From sequence record SRR20825019_2807: a stretch of DNA of 43,375 bases; one strand, 5' to 3'. The translations under genes and the position numbers were made by a program. Below, in pieces: positions 25,250 to 34,752 of this stretch. Below the pieces are notes generated by a model. The model was not told the DNA's origin. It ran no database searches and was given only the letters and a program-made list of their open reading frames with translations. The first letter of the stretch is position 1, and each line of letters starts with the position of its first letter.

Positions 25250-26620
25250 TCAGTCCAGATAATCCCGCACCGGCACCTCCCCCTCCTTATCGAGTAAATC
25301 CTTTAAGCCTTCCGCATAATAGTCTCCCGGATGGAATTCATCGCCGGCCGCACGCATCAGCTCACGCAGCTGTTGATCGAGTTTTCCGATGAGTTCTTGG
25401 CTCGCGGGATCGCTCACCAGATTATTCTGCTGATAGGGATCTTCCTGATTATCGTAGAGTAACCAGGGACCATCGAGACGCGCGGCATAAGTATAGCGAT
25501 CCGTTCTCACGCCCCGGTATTCCTGGCCACCACCCTCGCGGGTAAATTCGCCAAACGGTCGGTAGCAGGTCAACAACACACCCTCGGCTGGCGCGGCGTC
25601 TTGCCCCTTGAGATGCGGAGTGTAATCGGTCCCATCCACCGACTCGGGAATCGGCAGACCGCACAACCCCAGCAGCGTGGGCATCAAATCCGGCGTATTG
25701 ATCAGAGCCGGCACCTTGCGCCCTTCACGGCCGAACAGCCTCGGATAACGAATCAGCAGCGGCACCTGAATGGATTCCTCCCACGGACGTTGTTTCCGAC
25801 AGTGCCCCTGCGAATGCAGCATATCGCCGTGATCCGACCAGAAAACGAAGATCGTATCCTCCGCCAACCCGGTTTCCTCCAAAGTCTGATTCAATCGATC
25901 CAACGCATGATCGAGCGCGAGATTATGCGCGTAGTATCCGGCGAGTTCTTCGCGCGCGACCGCTTCTCTCTCCGGCGGCACATTGGGTCGCAGCTTTAGC
26001 GTCGCTGCATCCACTTGATCGCGAAACTCCTGCGGTGCCGTCGCGTAGGGATCGTGCGGCGGCCCCCACGATAGCATCATCATGAACGGCTCGTCCTTTC
26101 CCTTCCTCGAATTGAGGTAGTTAATCGCATCATCCGTTTGCGCAAAGGCATCGTAGCCCTCCCAAGTGAGCTGCGTGTCGTCATCACCGGCGTAGTAAGC
26201 CGAATCGTTGTAATCGTGAGTGCACTCCAACGCCTTCCAGTATTTGAATCCATGGCGGCCTTCTGGTGGGATGTAGGCTTTCCGTCCGCGCCCATGGAGA
26301 TGCCATTTGCCGATGTAAGCGGTATCGTAACCGGCACTGGCAAACTGCTCGGACAGTTTCGGAAAATCATCATCGAGGTGCAAATCATTGACCAACACGC
26401 CGTGATGATGCGCATAGAGTCCGGTCATCAAAGAGGCGCGCGCCGGACAACACACCGGCATCCCGGAGATCGCGTTTTGAAAATCCAAACTCTCCGCCGC
26501 CAATCGATCCATCGCCGGAGTCGAGATATTGGGATCACCGCCAAAGCCCGTCGCACAACGTCTCAATTGATCCGGGAAGACAAAGACTACATTCGGCGAC
26601 CGAGAAACAGGATTTTCCAT
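25250..26620 (-). CDS. Cys-type formylglycine-dependent sulfatase
   Basis: 'PNVVFVFPDQLR', CCPARASLMTG, 'IGKWHL', 'SDHGD'; ATG 26620 preferred. Confidence 0.93.
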   Translation of the reverse strand: MENPVSRSPNVVFVFPDQLRRCATGFGGDPNISTPAMDRLAAESLDFQNAISGMPVCCPARASLMTGLYAHHHGVLVNDLHLDDDFPKLSEQFASAGYDTAYIGKWHLHGRGRKAYIPPEGRHGFKYWKALECTHDYNDSAYYAGDDDTQLTWEGYDAFAQTDDAINYLNSRKGKDEPFMMMLSWGPPHDPYATAPQEFRDQVDAATLKLRPNVPPEREAVAREELAGYYAHNLALDHALDRLNQTLEETGLAEDTIFVFWSDHGDMLHSQGHCRKQRPWEESIQVPLLIRYPRLFGREGRKVPALINTPDLMPTLLGLCGLPIPESVDGTDYTPHLKGQDAAPAEGVLLTCYRPFGEFTREGGGQEYRGVRTDRYTYAARLDGPWLLYDNQEDPYQQNNLVSDPASQELIGKLDQQLRELMRAAGDEFHPGDYYAEGLKDLLDKEGEVPVRDYLD

Positions 26621-26699
26621 CCCCCCAAGGGATGAAATATTATTCATCCCTTCAAACTCCTAATCCGGTTTCGGAAAAAAAGCGGTCACTCCAGTCTCC

Positions 26700-26845
26700 A
26701 ACGTGCAGAGAGATCTGCGCGTCCGCCCTAAACGTGGTGGATGGGCATGTCCCTGTGCCCATCGCGATCATTTTCATCAAGCCCGACGACGGGCAGGGCG
26801 TGACCGCCGGACGCGCCGTCGGGCCATTTGAGATCAGCCCTACGC
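26700..26845. repeat. Composite cluster of REP-like palindromes
   Basis: Inverted pair of the 28-bp repeat (26700-26727, 26736-26763) plus a second hairpin GCCCGACG...CGTCGGGC (26781-26824). Confidence 0.55.
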
Positions 26846-26868
26846 CTGAGCCTCATCGGCCTTTTATT

Positions 26869-27723
26869 TTATCGAAACAACAGCGCGGGAATCGCGCAGG
26901 TGCGCAGCAGCGTCGCCGTCGTGCTGCCAATCAGGAGGTGGCGGATATGCATGTGGCCATAAGCCCCCATCACGAGCAGATCGATCCCTTCATTTTTGAC
27001 CATCAACCCAATCACTTCGATCGGATGTCCGGGCAGTAAATCGGATTTCACCTCATAGCCGGCGGACTCCAGTTTCGCTTTCGCCGCCGCCATCCCTTCG
27101 GTGAGTCGCGTGCTTCCGGAACCAACGCTGAGCAGCTGGATCGAGCAGCCTTTAATCAACGGTTGCTCGGCGACAAAATCGATCGCGCGATTGATACTTG
27201 GGCCACCATCGAAGGCGATCAACACGCGTCTGATGGGCTTGAAAATCCGGGAGGCCACCAACACCGGATGTTTGCAGGTGCGCACCACTCGTTCGAGATT
27301 CGACCCGAGGTGCTTGTAATCGAGCGAGGTGTTTTCGCCCCGCTTACCGATCACCACCAGATCAGCCTCGCGATCATAGTCCTCAATGGAATCGGCCAAC
27401 GAACCGTGTTTCTGATCGGCGACGATCTGGGGGACTTCTGTTTTCGCCAAATGCTCACGAGCCACGGTGAGAAGAGCTTTACCCTTCGCGTGCGCAAGCT
27501 TGGCCTTGGCGGCTTCGAGCTCGACCAGCTCCTCCATCAGCGCGGTCTTCGCACCGAGACCGATCGCCCCGGTGATGTCGCCGGAGGAGGCCGTCTCATG
27601 GTGCGGATCGACCAGGTGAAGAACGTGAATGGACGCTCCCAGGCGCTGGGCGGCCCAGGCCGCATGATCATAAACGCTGGGCGCGTAAGCGGAACCATCG
27701 GTGCAGGCGAGAATGTTTGGCAT
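26869..27723 (-). CDS. Tandem-domain universal stress protein
   Basis: 'ILACTDGS', 'DLVVIGKRG...LGSNLERVVR', 'DLLVMGAYGH...IGSTT'. Confidence 0.93.
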   Translation of the reverse strand: MPNILACTDGSAYAPSVYDHAAWAAQRLGASIHVLHLVDPHHETASSGDITGAIGLGAKTALMEELVELEAAKAKLAHAKGKALLTVAREHLAKTEVPQIVADQKHGSLADSIEDYDREADLVVIGKRGENTSLDYKHLGSNLERVVRTCKHPVLVASRIFKPIRRVLIAFDGGPSINRAIDFVAEQPLIKGCSIQLLSVGSGSTRLTEGMAAAKAKLESAGYEVKSDLLPGHPIEVIGLMVKNEGIDLLVMGAYGHMHIRHLLIGSTTATLLRTCAIPALLFR

Positions 27724-27778
27724 GATTAAAATCGGGTTATCAGGGGTCAGGGTAACTTAAGCGAAAATAGAGAAAATA

Positions 27779-29278
27779 TTAATGGCCACCGAGCTCATCC
27801 ATGGCCCCGGGCTTGTCGTGGGTGGCAAGCCGCAACACGAGAGTCTTACTGGCCTCGTTGAGGCCGACAAGTTCGACCTCGGCCCCTTCGCGTCGGAATT
27901 TCAAGACCACACGATCCAGCGCACCGACCGCCGAGATATCCCAAAAATGGGCATGCGAAACATCGATGCGGACTTTTTTGAGCACTTCGCGAAAATCGAA
28001 TGCATCACCAAAGGTGCTGGCCGAGACGAAAAACAATTGGCCGCGCACCGTATAGGTGCGTTCCTCACCGGATTCATCCAGAGCCGATTTGATATCCAGC
28101 AGCTGGGAAACTTTGTAGGAGAAGAAGAGCGCGCTAAGCAACACGCCGGCGCCAACCCCCGCCGCGAGGTTGTGCGTAAATACCGTCGTGAGCACTGTCA
28201 CGATCATCACCGCGCTGGAGGAGCGATTGTGCACCCGCATATTCTTAAACGAACTCCAACTGAACGTGCCAATGGACACCATAATCATCACGGCGACCAA
28301 CGCAGCCATCGGGATCTGCGAAGCCCACTGCCCAAGCGATACGCATAGGATCAGGAGTAGAATACCGGCCGTGAAAGTCGATAAACGTCCGCGACCACCC
28401 GATTTCACATTGATCACCGTCTGCCCGATCATCGCACAACCGGCCATCCCACCAAAGAAACCGGTAACCGTATTGGCCACGCCCTGACCAATGCACTCGC
28501 GGCTCTTATCGGAAGGTGTGTCAGTGAGATCGTCGACGATCGTCGCCGTCATCAACGATTCGAGAATACCCACCACGGCGAGCGGCAGCGAATAAGGCAG
28601 GATGATCATCAATGTTTCCCAGTTGAGCGGAATATCCGGGATCAAAAACATCGGGAGTGTCGACGGAAGTTGGCCCATCGAACCGACCGTGCGCAGCAGA
28701 GGATCCTCACCGCTGCCCCAGCCCATCGAGATCGAAAGCACCGTCAGGGAGATAATGCAGATCAACGGTGAAGGCACTGCCTTCGTGATGCGGGGCAACC
28801 CGTAGATGATAATTAAACCGACCGCCACCAGCCCATACATGAGCAATCCCTGACCGTGAAATTCCGGGAGCTGAGCCATGAAAATCAGAATCGCCAACGC
28901 GTTAACAAAACCCGTCACCACGGAGCGTGACACAAACTTCATCAACTCGCCGAGTTTGAACACCCCCGCCAGTATCTGAAAGACACCCGTCAGAACAGTG
29001 GCCGCAAGCAGATATTCCAATCCATGCTCTTTCACGAGCGTGACCATCAGCAGCGCCATCGCTCCGGTGGCGGCGGAAATCATTCCGGGCCGGGCTCCCA
29101 CAAAGGCGATCACCACGGCGATACAGAAAGAGGCATAAATGCCGACCTTGGGATCGACCCCCGCGATGATGGAAAATGCGATGGCCTCGGGGATGAGCGC
29201 GAGCGCGACCACCGATCCCGCGACGATGTCGCGGACCGGATTACCGAACCATTGTTGTTTGTAAGTCGATGTGGACAT
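27779..29278 (-). CDS. sulP: SulP/SLC26 family anion permease with STAS domain
   Basis: '[13 protein letters not shown]', '[11 protein letters not shown]', 'GCAMIGQ', STAS 'GQLFF...WDISAV'. Confidence 0.93.
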   Translation of the reverse strand: MSTSTYKQQWFGNPVRDIVAGSVVALALIPEAIAFSIIAGVDPKVGIYASFCIAVVIAFVGARPGMISAATGAMALLMVTLVKEHGLEYLLAATVLTGVFQILAGVFKLGELMKFVSRSVVTGFVNALAILIFMAQLPEFHGQGLLMYGLVAVGLIIIYGLPRITKAVPSPLICIISLTVLSISMGWGSGEDPLLRTVGSMGQLPSTLPMFLIPDIPLNWETLMIILPYSLPLAVVGILESLMTATIVDDLTDTPSDKSRECIGQGVANTVTGFFGGMAGCAMIGQTVINVKSGGRGRLSTFTAGILLLILCVSLGQWASQIPMAALVAVMIMVSIGTFSWSSFKNMRVHNRSSSAVMIVTVLTTVFTHNLAAGVGAGVLLSALFFSYKVSQLLDIKSALDESGEERTYTVRGQLFFVSASTFGDAFDFREVLKKVRIDVSHAHFWDISAVGALDRVVLKFRREGAEVELVGLNEASKTLVLRLATHDKPGAMDELGGH

Positions 29279-29304
29279 GAAAAATTGAGAAAATAATTAA
29301 CGAA

Positions 29305-29370
29305 AGAGTCGGTCGGCCTGCTGCGGAATCACTGGAAAAAGTGGCGGTCGGACCGGCGAAAACTCACCTA
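29305..29370 (-). ncRNA. Candidate cis-regulatory leader RNA of sulP-usp (sul1-motif-like)
   Basis: Minus strand ...TTTTCGCCGGTCCGACCGCCA...GATTCCGCAGCAGGCC... resembles, from memory, leaders of sulP-usp operons; not checked against a covariance model. Confidence 0.4.
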
Positions 29371-29620
29371 TCAACCGCACCACTGGAGTCAGCTTAAGCC
29401 TCAACAGCCCGCTCACCTTAGTGATTGGAACTGAATCCGCAGGATACTCGCCGGAACTCCGACGAGCCGATTTCTCAGGCGAAACCAGCGAAAAATGCAG
29501 GATGAAGCACGGGTGACAGTTTAAATTCTCCCCCGAAGCGCAACCCCAAGTTTATACCCAAATGATCAGCATGCGCCCCGTCCCACGCCTCCGAGCTACC
29601 CGTCCCCGTGCGTTTTAACG

Positions 29621-29646
29621 AAAAAACCCGCCTTGAAGGGCGGGTT
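29621..29646 (-). terminator. Intrinsic terminator after tRNA-Glu
   Basis: AACCCGCC/GGCGGGTT stem with T-run on the minus strand. Confidence 0.85.
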
Positions 29647-29651
29647 GATTT

Positions 29652-29728
29652 TGGCGTCCCCACGGGGATTTGAACCCCGGTTGCATGGATGAAAACCATG
29701 TGTCCTGACCGAGCTAGACGATAGGGAC
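29652..29728 (-). tRNA. tRNA-Glu (anticodon TTC)
   Basis: GTCCCTATCGTCTAGCTCGGTCAGGACACATGGTTTTCATCCATGCAACCGGGGTTCAAATCCCCGTGGGGACGCCA: acceptor stem, anticodon arm CATGG-TTTTCAT-CCATG, T-loop GTTCAAATC, encoded CCA. Confidence 0.97.
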
Positions 29729-29747
29729 AAAAACCAAAAGAGGGGCG

Positions 29748-29775
29748 AATGTAGGTATCGGGCTCCCTTGCGCAA
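29748..29775 (-). promoter_or_regulatory. Candidate sigma-70 promoter of tRNA-Glu
   Basis: TTGCGC-N16-TACATT on the minus strand about 20 bp upstream of the tRNA. Confidence 0.45.
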
Positions 29776-29847
29776 GGGAAATTTTTCATTCTTTCAAAAT
29801 CCAAAATTGGCTTCGCTCCGGACGATGTTTGCCTTCAAATCAATTCC

Positions 29848-30759
29848 ATGACCTCCGCCGAGATCGCCGCCGCCCTCCCTTCCGAAGCTCGCACCCGTTT
29901 CGACGACCTGCCTTTCCCGAAAATCGCCTCGGGAAAAGTCCGCGAAATTTACGATCTGGGAGACGCCCTCCTTCTTGTGGCCAGCGACCGGCTGTCGGCC
30001 TTCGATGTAATCCTGCCCGACGGGATTCCCGGCAAGGGGATCATTCTCACGCAAATCAGCCTGTGGTGGTTTGCTCAAACCGAAGGCCTGATCAAAAACC
30101 ATCTCTTTCCTGATCAAACCGCTGAGTTTGTTCGCCGCGGCATTCTCGATCAGGATCTTCAACTGCGCAGCATGATCGTGCGCAAACTCACCCCTCTCAC
30201 CATCGAATGCGTCGCTCGCGGCTATTTGATCGGCAGCGGATGGAGTGCTTACCAAAAGACCGGCGAGGTCTGCGGGATCACGTTGCCGACCGGATTGCGC
30301 CAGGCCGAGAAACTTCCCGAGCCCATCTTCACCCCCACGACCAAAGCCCCCAAAGGCCAGCATGATGAAGCGATCAACGACGAGCAGGGTGCGGCCATCA
30401 TCGGCACAGAGCTCTACGAAAAGGTGAAGACGCTCAGCCTCACACTTTATCAATTTGGCCACGACCGTGCTCGCGAGGCGGGCATGATCCTTGCGGACAC
30501 CAAATTCGAATTTGGCACCGCTACCGATGGCTCACTCTATCTGATCGACGAAGCCCTCACCCCCGATTCCTCACGCTACTGGCCTGCGGATCAGTATGCC
30601 GTCGATTGCTCGCCACCCAGCTATGACAAACAATTCGTGCGCGATCACCTGCTGACTCTCGATTGGAATCAAAAGGCCCCCGGCCCTAGCCTGCCCGCCG
30701 ATGTTATCACCCGGACGCGTGACATCTACCTCACCGCGCTCAAGAATCTTCTGGGGTAA
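29848..30759 (+). CDS. purC: SAICAR synthase
   Basis: 'SGKVREIY', 'SDRLSAFD', 'ECVARGYLIGSG', 'ADTKFEFG', 'TPDSSRYW', 'DKQFVRD'. Confidence 0.97.
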   Translation: MTSAEIAAALPSEARTRFDDLPFPKIASGKVREIYDLGDALLLVASDRLSAFDVILPDGIPGKGIILTQISLWWFAQTEGLIKNHLFPDQTAEFVRRGILDQDLQLRSMIVRKLTPLTIECVARGYLIGSGWSAYQKTGEVCGITLPTGLRQAEKLPEPIFTPTTKAPKGQHDEAINDEQGAAIIGTELYEKVKTLSLTLYQFGHDRAREAGMILADTKFEFGTATDGSLYLIDEALTPDSSRYWPADQYAVDCSPPSYDKQFVRDHLLTLDWNQKAPGPSLPADVITRTRDIYLTALKNLLG

Positions 30760-30810
30760 TCTGGATTCTCATCGGATCACCAAAACTCCCATGGCACCCA
30801 ACCCTCCACG

Positions 30811-32220
30811 TCAACTATTAGTTGACGTGTCGGATTTATCTCCCGCCGTTGGCGCGGTTTCCTCGAGGCGCTCACGGATCAGCCCGACGAGTTCGTTTTC
30901 GATTTCGAGAAACGCCGGATCGCCTGTGCGATTGGTCATTTCCAACGGATCGCTTGCTAAATCATAGAGCTCGGAACCACCGACGGCATCGACGATCAGT
31001 TTATGCCCGCGGTAGATCACCGCGTAACGCGCCACACTCGGGCCATTGTTTCCGGTGAATTGGGTAAAGACCGGCACTTCGGCGAGCGTTTCCTCTCCGC
31101 GTAAAGCAGATCCGAGTGATCGGCCGTCGAGGCCAGCGGGCACCGCTTGCCCGGCCAACTCCAGCACCGTTGGCATCAGATCGAGATGCGAAACGGGCGT
31201 TTCGATTTGCTTGCCAGCGACCACCTTAGGACCGCGCACAATCAGTGGCACGCGAGACGCCTGATCGTAGAGTTCCATTTTCTGATACATCGAATGTTGC
31301 CCGAGATGATCGCCATGATCGGAAGTGAACACGACGAGCGTATCCTCCGCCACACCGTGCTGATCGAGTGACGCGAGCAAGCGGCCGACCAATTCATCCA
31401 CCAAATGAGTCAGCGCGAGATGAGCGGACCACGCACGGCGCCACTCCGTCTCGTCCACTCCTGCCGCGAGTTGGGCCGCGACCCCGTCGCGACGATTTTC
31501 TGGTTCGCCCAGCGCAATCCGCCCCACATTGGACGGCAGCTCGATTTGATCCGGTGGAAACAAATCCATCAATTCCGGCGCCACATAAAACGGCGGATGC
31601 GGTGCCCAGAGATTCACGAACAGTGCGAATGGTTGGTCCTGTCCAGACAGTTCGCCAATCGCTTCCTCCGCACGGCGCACAAAAAATTCATCGCGAAAAT
31701 CCTCTCGATCGAACGGCCAGGCGGCCGCATGTGGAGTCGAGTAATCATTGAGCAGCAGATTGTCGCCCACCTGTTCACGGACCTGCTTGCGAAACGGCCC
31801 CGAAGCTTCGAGCGCCGCCATGTCGCACCCTTTCGACTTTAAATGTTTCCCGTGATCTTCCTCATCGAGCCACACCGAAAAATCGGCCCGATCACGCAAT
31901 CGCTTACCCAAACGCACATGGTCCATGCCCGTATGACCAAGCGTGTAACCCGCCGCCGCAAGCTGTTCGTGAATCGTCGTAACTTCATTGGCGTGGGAGC
32001 CGGTCCAATCGTTCCAGGTCACGCCATTTTTCGCAGGACGGAGTCCGGTGGCGAGGGCCGCGCGCGCGGGCACACAAAGCGGACATGTCGAATACGCACT
32101 GGTAAAGCGAGCGCCTTGAGCAGCCAACGCATTCAAGTGAGGTGTCACTTCCCTGCCCGCCTGAGTCGCTCCGATACTGTCTGCCCGTTGGTGATCCGAG
32201 GTAATAAAAAGCAGATTCAT
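30811..32220 (-). CDS. Cys-type sulfatase (choline-sulfatase-like)
   Basis: 'NLLFITSDHQRAD', CVPARAALATG, 'PHPP', 'TSDHGD'; ATG 32220 preferred. Confidence 0.9.
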   Translation of the reverse strand: MNLLFITSDHQRADSIGATQAGREVTPHLNALAAQGARFTSAYSTCPLCVPARAALATGLRPAKNGVTWNDWTGSHANEVTTIHEQLAAAGYTLGHTGMDHVRLGKRLRDRADFSVWLDEEDHGKHLKSKGCDMAALEASGPFRKQVREQVGDNLLLNDYSTPHAAAWPFDREDFRDEFFVRRAEEAIGELSGQDQPFALFVNLWAPHPPFYVAPELMDLFPPDQIELPSNVGRIALGEPENRRDGVAAQLAAGVDETEWRRAWSAHLALTHLVDELVGRLLASLDQHGVAEDTLVVFTSDHGDHLGQHSMYQKMELYDQASRVPLIVRGPKVVAGKQIETPVSHLDLMPTVLELAGQAVPAGLDGRSLGSALRGEETLAEVPVFTQFTGNNGPSVARYAVIYRGHKLIVDAVGGSELYDLASDPLEMTNRTGDPAFLEIENELVGLIRERLEETAPTAGDKSDTSTNS

Positions 32221-32345
32221 AAAACAGGAACACGTTCCGCAAAACGGCGGTCTCAGCAAGCCTCGAACAATCCCGCGCTTGTCGTCCCTGCTTATCGAAG
32301 CCACCCTATACCCTACCCTCGGTCACCCCCCACCCACTTCCCATC

Positions 32346-34112
32346 ATGCTGTTTCTCATTCGCAAACTCGGAAAACTGCTTCGCGGCAATGTCACTCCAT
32401 TTCAAATCATCGCGGGCTGCCTGCTCGGCGCGATGCTCGGGTTTATGCCCGGCTTCTCCCACGCCCCCGGTCTGATCGCCGTGCTCGCATTCGCCCTGCT
32501 CGTGATCAATGCGAATTTGCTACTCGCCGGATTTGTCGGTCTCGTCGCAAAACTCCTCTCAGTGCTCCTGTTACCCGTTTCCTATTTCGCCGGGCGAGTC
32601 TTGCTCGATGGCCCGACGGAAGGTCTCTTTCGCGGCCTCATCAATGCGCCGGTCTTCGCGCTCTTCGGATTCGAAAACTATGTCGCCACCGGCGGGCTTT
32701 TGATCGGCGGCCTCTTCGGCCTGATCGTCGGAATTTTTATCGCCCGTAGCATCACCGCGTTTCGCACGAAAATGGCGGGACTCAACGAGAGCTCTCCCCG
32801 CTATCAGGAAATGATCGAAAAAAAATGGATGAAACTCGGCACTTTCATCTTCGTCGGCGGTGGGGCGAAAAAACCTGATTACGCTGCCCTCCTCGCCAAG
32901 AAAACCGGGAATCCCGTCCGCGTGTTGGGAGTCGTGCTGGTCACCCTGTGCCTCGTGTTGGTCGGCATCGTCTATCAATTCTTCTCCGGCACTATAGTGA
33001 CCGCCACACTGCGCAGCGGCATGGAACAAGCCCTGGGTGCGACTGTGGATCTGGAAAGCGCGGAGATCGATCTCAAGGCTGGCCGAATGACACTCAACGG
33101 CATCGCCGCAGCCGATCCCAATGCGCTCGGGACCGATATTTTCCGCGCCGAAAAAATCGAAGCCGATATCAGCGGGGCCAATCTTCTGCGCAAACGTCTG
33201 CAGATCGATCGCGTGGTGGTCACCGGTGCGACCAGTGGCGAAAAGAGGAAGGTCCCCGGCAAACGAACCGTCGCCGCACCGAAAGCCTCCGCGCCCATCC
33301 CCGTGCCCATTCCGGATACCAAGAGTATTGATGACTATTTGAATAACGCGAAGGTCTGGCGTGAACGCTTGGCACAGGCGAAGAAATGGATGGATAAGAT
33401 CAGCGGACCGGCCGACGACGAATCCACCGAAGAGGGCAAGGAATCCCTCGAAGAGAGGCTTCGCCGGATCGCCGAGGCCCAGGGTTACACCAACCTCAAC
33501 GCCTCGCATCTGATCGAAGGCGCGCCCACCCTCCAGATCTCCGAGATTCAGGCCAACAAGGTCACGGTCAGCCAACTCCCCGGAGAAGTCCTCAGCTTCG
33601 TGGCTCACAATCTCTCAACCCAGCCTGGCCTCTCACAAGGCTCGCCGAAAATCGACATCACCAGCGCGAGCGACAAAGTCGCGTTCCAAGCCGACTTCGG
33701 CGGAATCAGTGCAGGTGGCGGCGACAACGCCCTGTCCTTTCATTATCGCGATCTACCGGTTGATCAGATCATGAGCAGTCTCAAATCAACCACGACCACC
33801 CTCAAGGGTGGCACCATCGATCTGGCCGCCGACGGACGCTACTTCAGCACGACGGGTGCGATCGACATTCCTCTCAAAGCCACCCTGCACGACACCACGC
33901 TTTCGCTCGGCGGACGCGACACCAAGGTCTCTTCGTTCACGTTGCCGATTGGTCTTTCCGGTCAACTCGACAATCCCCGGATCAAAGTGGATGCCAAGTC
34001 CCTCGGCGATCTCGCCCTTAAAGCCGGCAAGGATGCGCTTAAGGAAAAAGCCGCCGAACAACTCAAAGGAAAAGCCGGCGGCCTCTTCGATAAACTCCTC
34101 GGTGGCGAGTAA
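32346..34112 (+). CDS. Membrane protein: DUF2062/TIGR03546-like N-terminus plus AsmA/TIGR03545-like region
   Basis: 'TPFQI..G..LGAMLGFMP' hydrophobic N-terminus, then 'EQALGATVDL', 'LLRKRLQIDRV', 'G.LDNPRI'. Confidence 0.6.
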   Translation: MLFLIRKLGKLLRGNVTPFQIIAGCLLGAMLGFMPGFSHAPGLIAVLAFALLVINANLLLAGFVGLVAKLLSVLLLPVSYFAGRVLLDGPTEGLFRGLINAPVFALFGFENYVATGGLLIGGLFGLIVGIFIARSITAFRTKMAGLNESSPRYQEMIEKKWMKLGTFIFVGGGAKKPDYAALLAKKTGNPVRVLGVVLVTLCLVLVGIVYQFFSGTIVTATLRSGMEQALGATVDLESAEIDLKAGRMTLNGIAAADPNALGTDIFRAEKIEADISGANLLRKRLQIDRVVVTGATSGEKRKVPGKRTVAAPKASAPIPVPIPDTKSIDDYLNNAKVWRERLAQAKKWMDKISGPADDESTEEGKESLEERLRRIAEAQGYTNLNASHLIEGAPTLQISEIQANKVTVSQLPGEVLSFVAHNLSTQPGLSQGSPKIDITSASDKVAFQADFGGISAGGGDNALSFHYRDLPVDQIMSSLKSTTTTLKGGTIDLAADGRYFSTTGAIDIPLKATLHDTTLSLGGRDTKVSSFTLPIGLSGQLDNPRIKVDAKSLGDLALKAGKDALKEKAAEQLKGKAGGLFDKLLGGE

Positions 34113-34130
34113 GGCCCAACCACCCGCACC

Positions 34131-34728
34131 CGAATGTCACCTATTAAGTGACATTCGTTATTTTCTCGTCCTAAAATGAGCGTTTGTGATCAGATCTAGA
34201 TGTCACTTAATAGGTGACATGTCTTCTTATCCTCACACCCCCGGGCAGCTTCGCCTACCTTTGGCTTTCGCTGATTTACTGGCCGAATCCGCCGAACTTA
34301 TCGTCAAAGAATCCGTCAAGGCCTACCGCATCGTGAAGAACTCCCGGCGTGAAACACACGGCCAAACATTGAGACCGGGACGACAAACTCCGCTTTGGAA
34401 CGCCCTGCGGGCAGAACTACAGCCCCATCTCCACAAATATGGAGCCCAAGCCAATTTGGGGCGACTCCTCGGATTGCCCCGCCAGCGCGTGAATGCCTAT
34501 GTGACCGGCGGTGGGCAAATGCCCGACGCTGAACGAACCCTCCAACTGCTGGCATGGCTGATGGCCGAGCAAAAGAAATCCGAAGCGACTAACATCCACT
34601 AAATTCCACTCCGTCGGAACTACCCAATGTCACCTATTAAGTGACATCTCTATTTTTGACCGAGGGCTCCAGTGGTCAATTGATTACAGGAACATGGGAG
34701 CCGAATGTCACTTAATAGGTGACATTCG
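34131..34728. repeat. Four identical 21-bp palindromic sites in nested inverted arrangement
   Basis: ATGTCACCTATTAAGTGACAT at 34134-34154 (F), 34200-34220 (R), 34627-34647 (F), 34705-34725 (R); outer pair is a perfect 27-bp IR, inner pair a perfect 23-bp IR. Confidence 0.97.
34219..34602 (+). CDS. Small protein with a C-terminal XRE/Cro-like helix-turn-helix
   Basis: 'GAQANLGRLLGLPRQRVNAYVTGGGQMPDAERTLQLLAWL' fits the Cro/C1 pattern; ATG 34219 overlaps palindrome 2. Confidence 0.7.
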   Translation: MSSYPHTPGQLRLPLAFADLLAESAELIVKESVKAYRIVKNSRRETHGQTLRPGRQTPLWNALRAELQPHLHKYGAQANLGRLLGLPRQRVNAYVTGGGQMPDAERTLQLLAWLMAEQKKSEATNIH

Positions 34729-34752
34729 ATTCGGGCCGCTCCTCCGCGAGGA

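Noticed and set aside
29652-29728. tRNA-Glu as the attachment site of an integrative element
   Set aside because: No duplicate of the tRNA 3' end and no integrase were found in the window; the tRNA is followed directly by its terminator.
29475-29804. 109-aa ORF
   Set aside because: Overlaps tRNA-Glu and its terminator; spurious.
34134-34154. Canonical dif, parS or CRP site
   Set aside because: Does not match the dif 11-6-11 consensus, parS TGTTTCACGTGAAACA or CRP TGTGA-N6-TCACA.
34131-34728. CRISPR array interpretation of the four palindromic repeats
   Set aside because: The repeats alternate in orientation, spacing is irregular (66, 427 and 78 bp), a gene lies between them and no cas genes are present.
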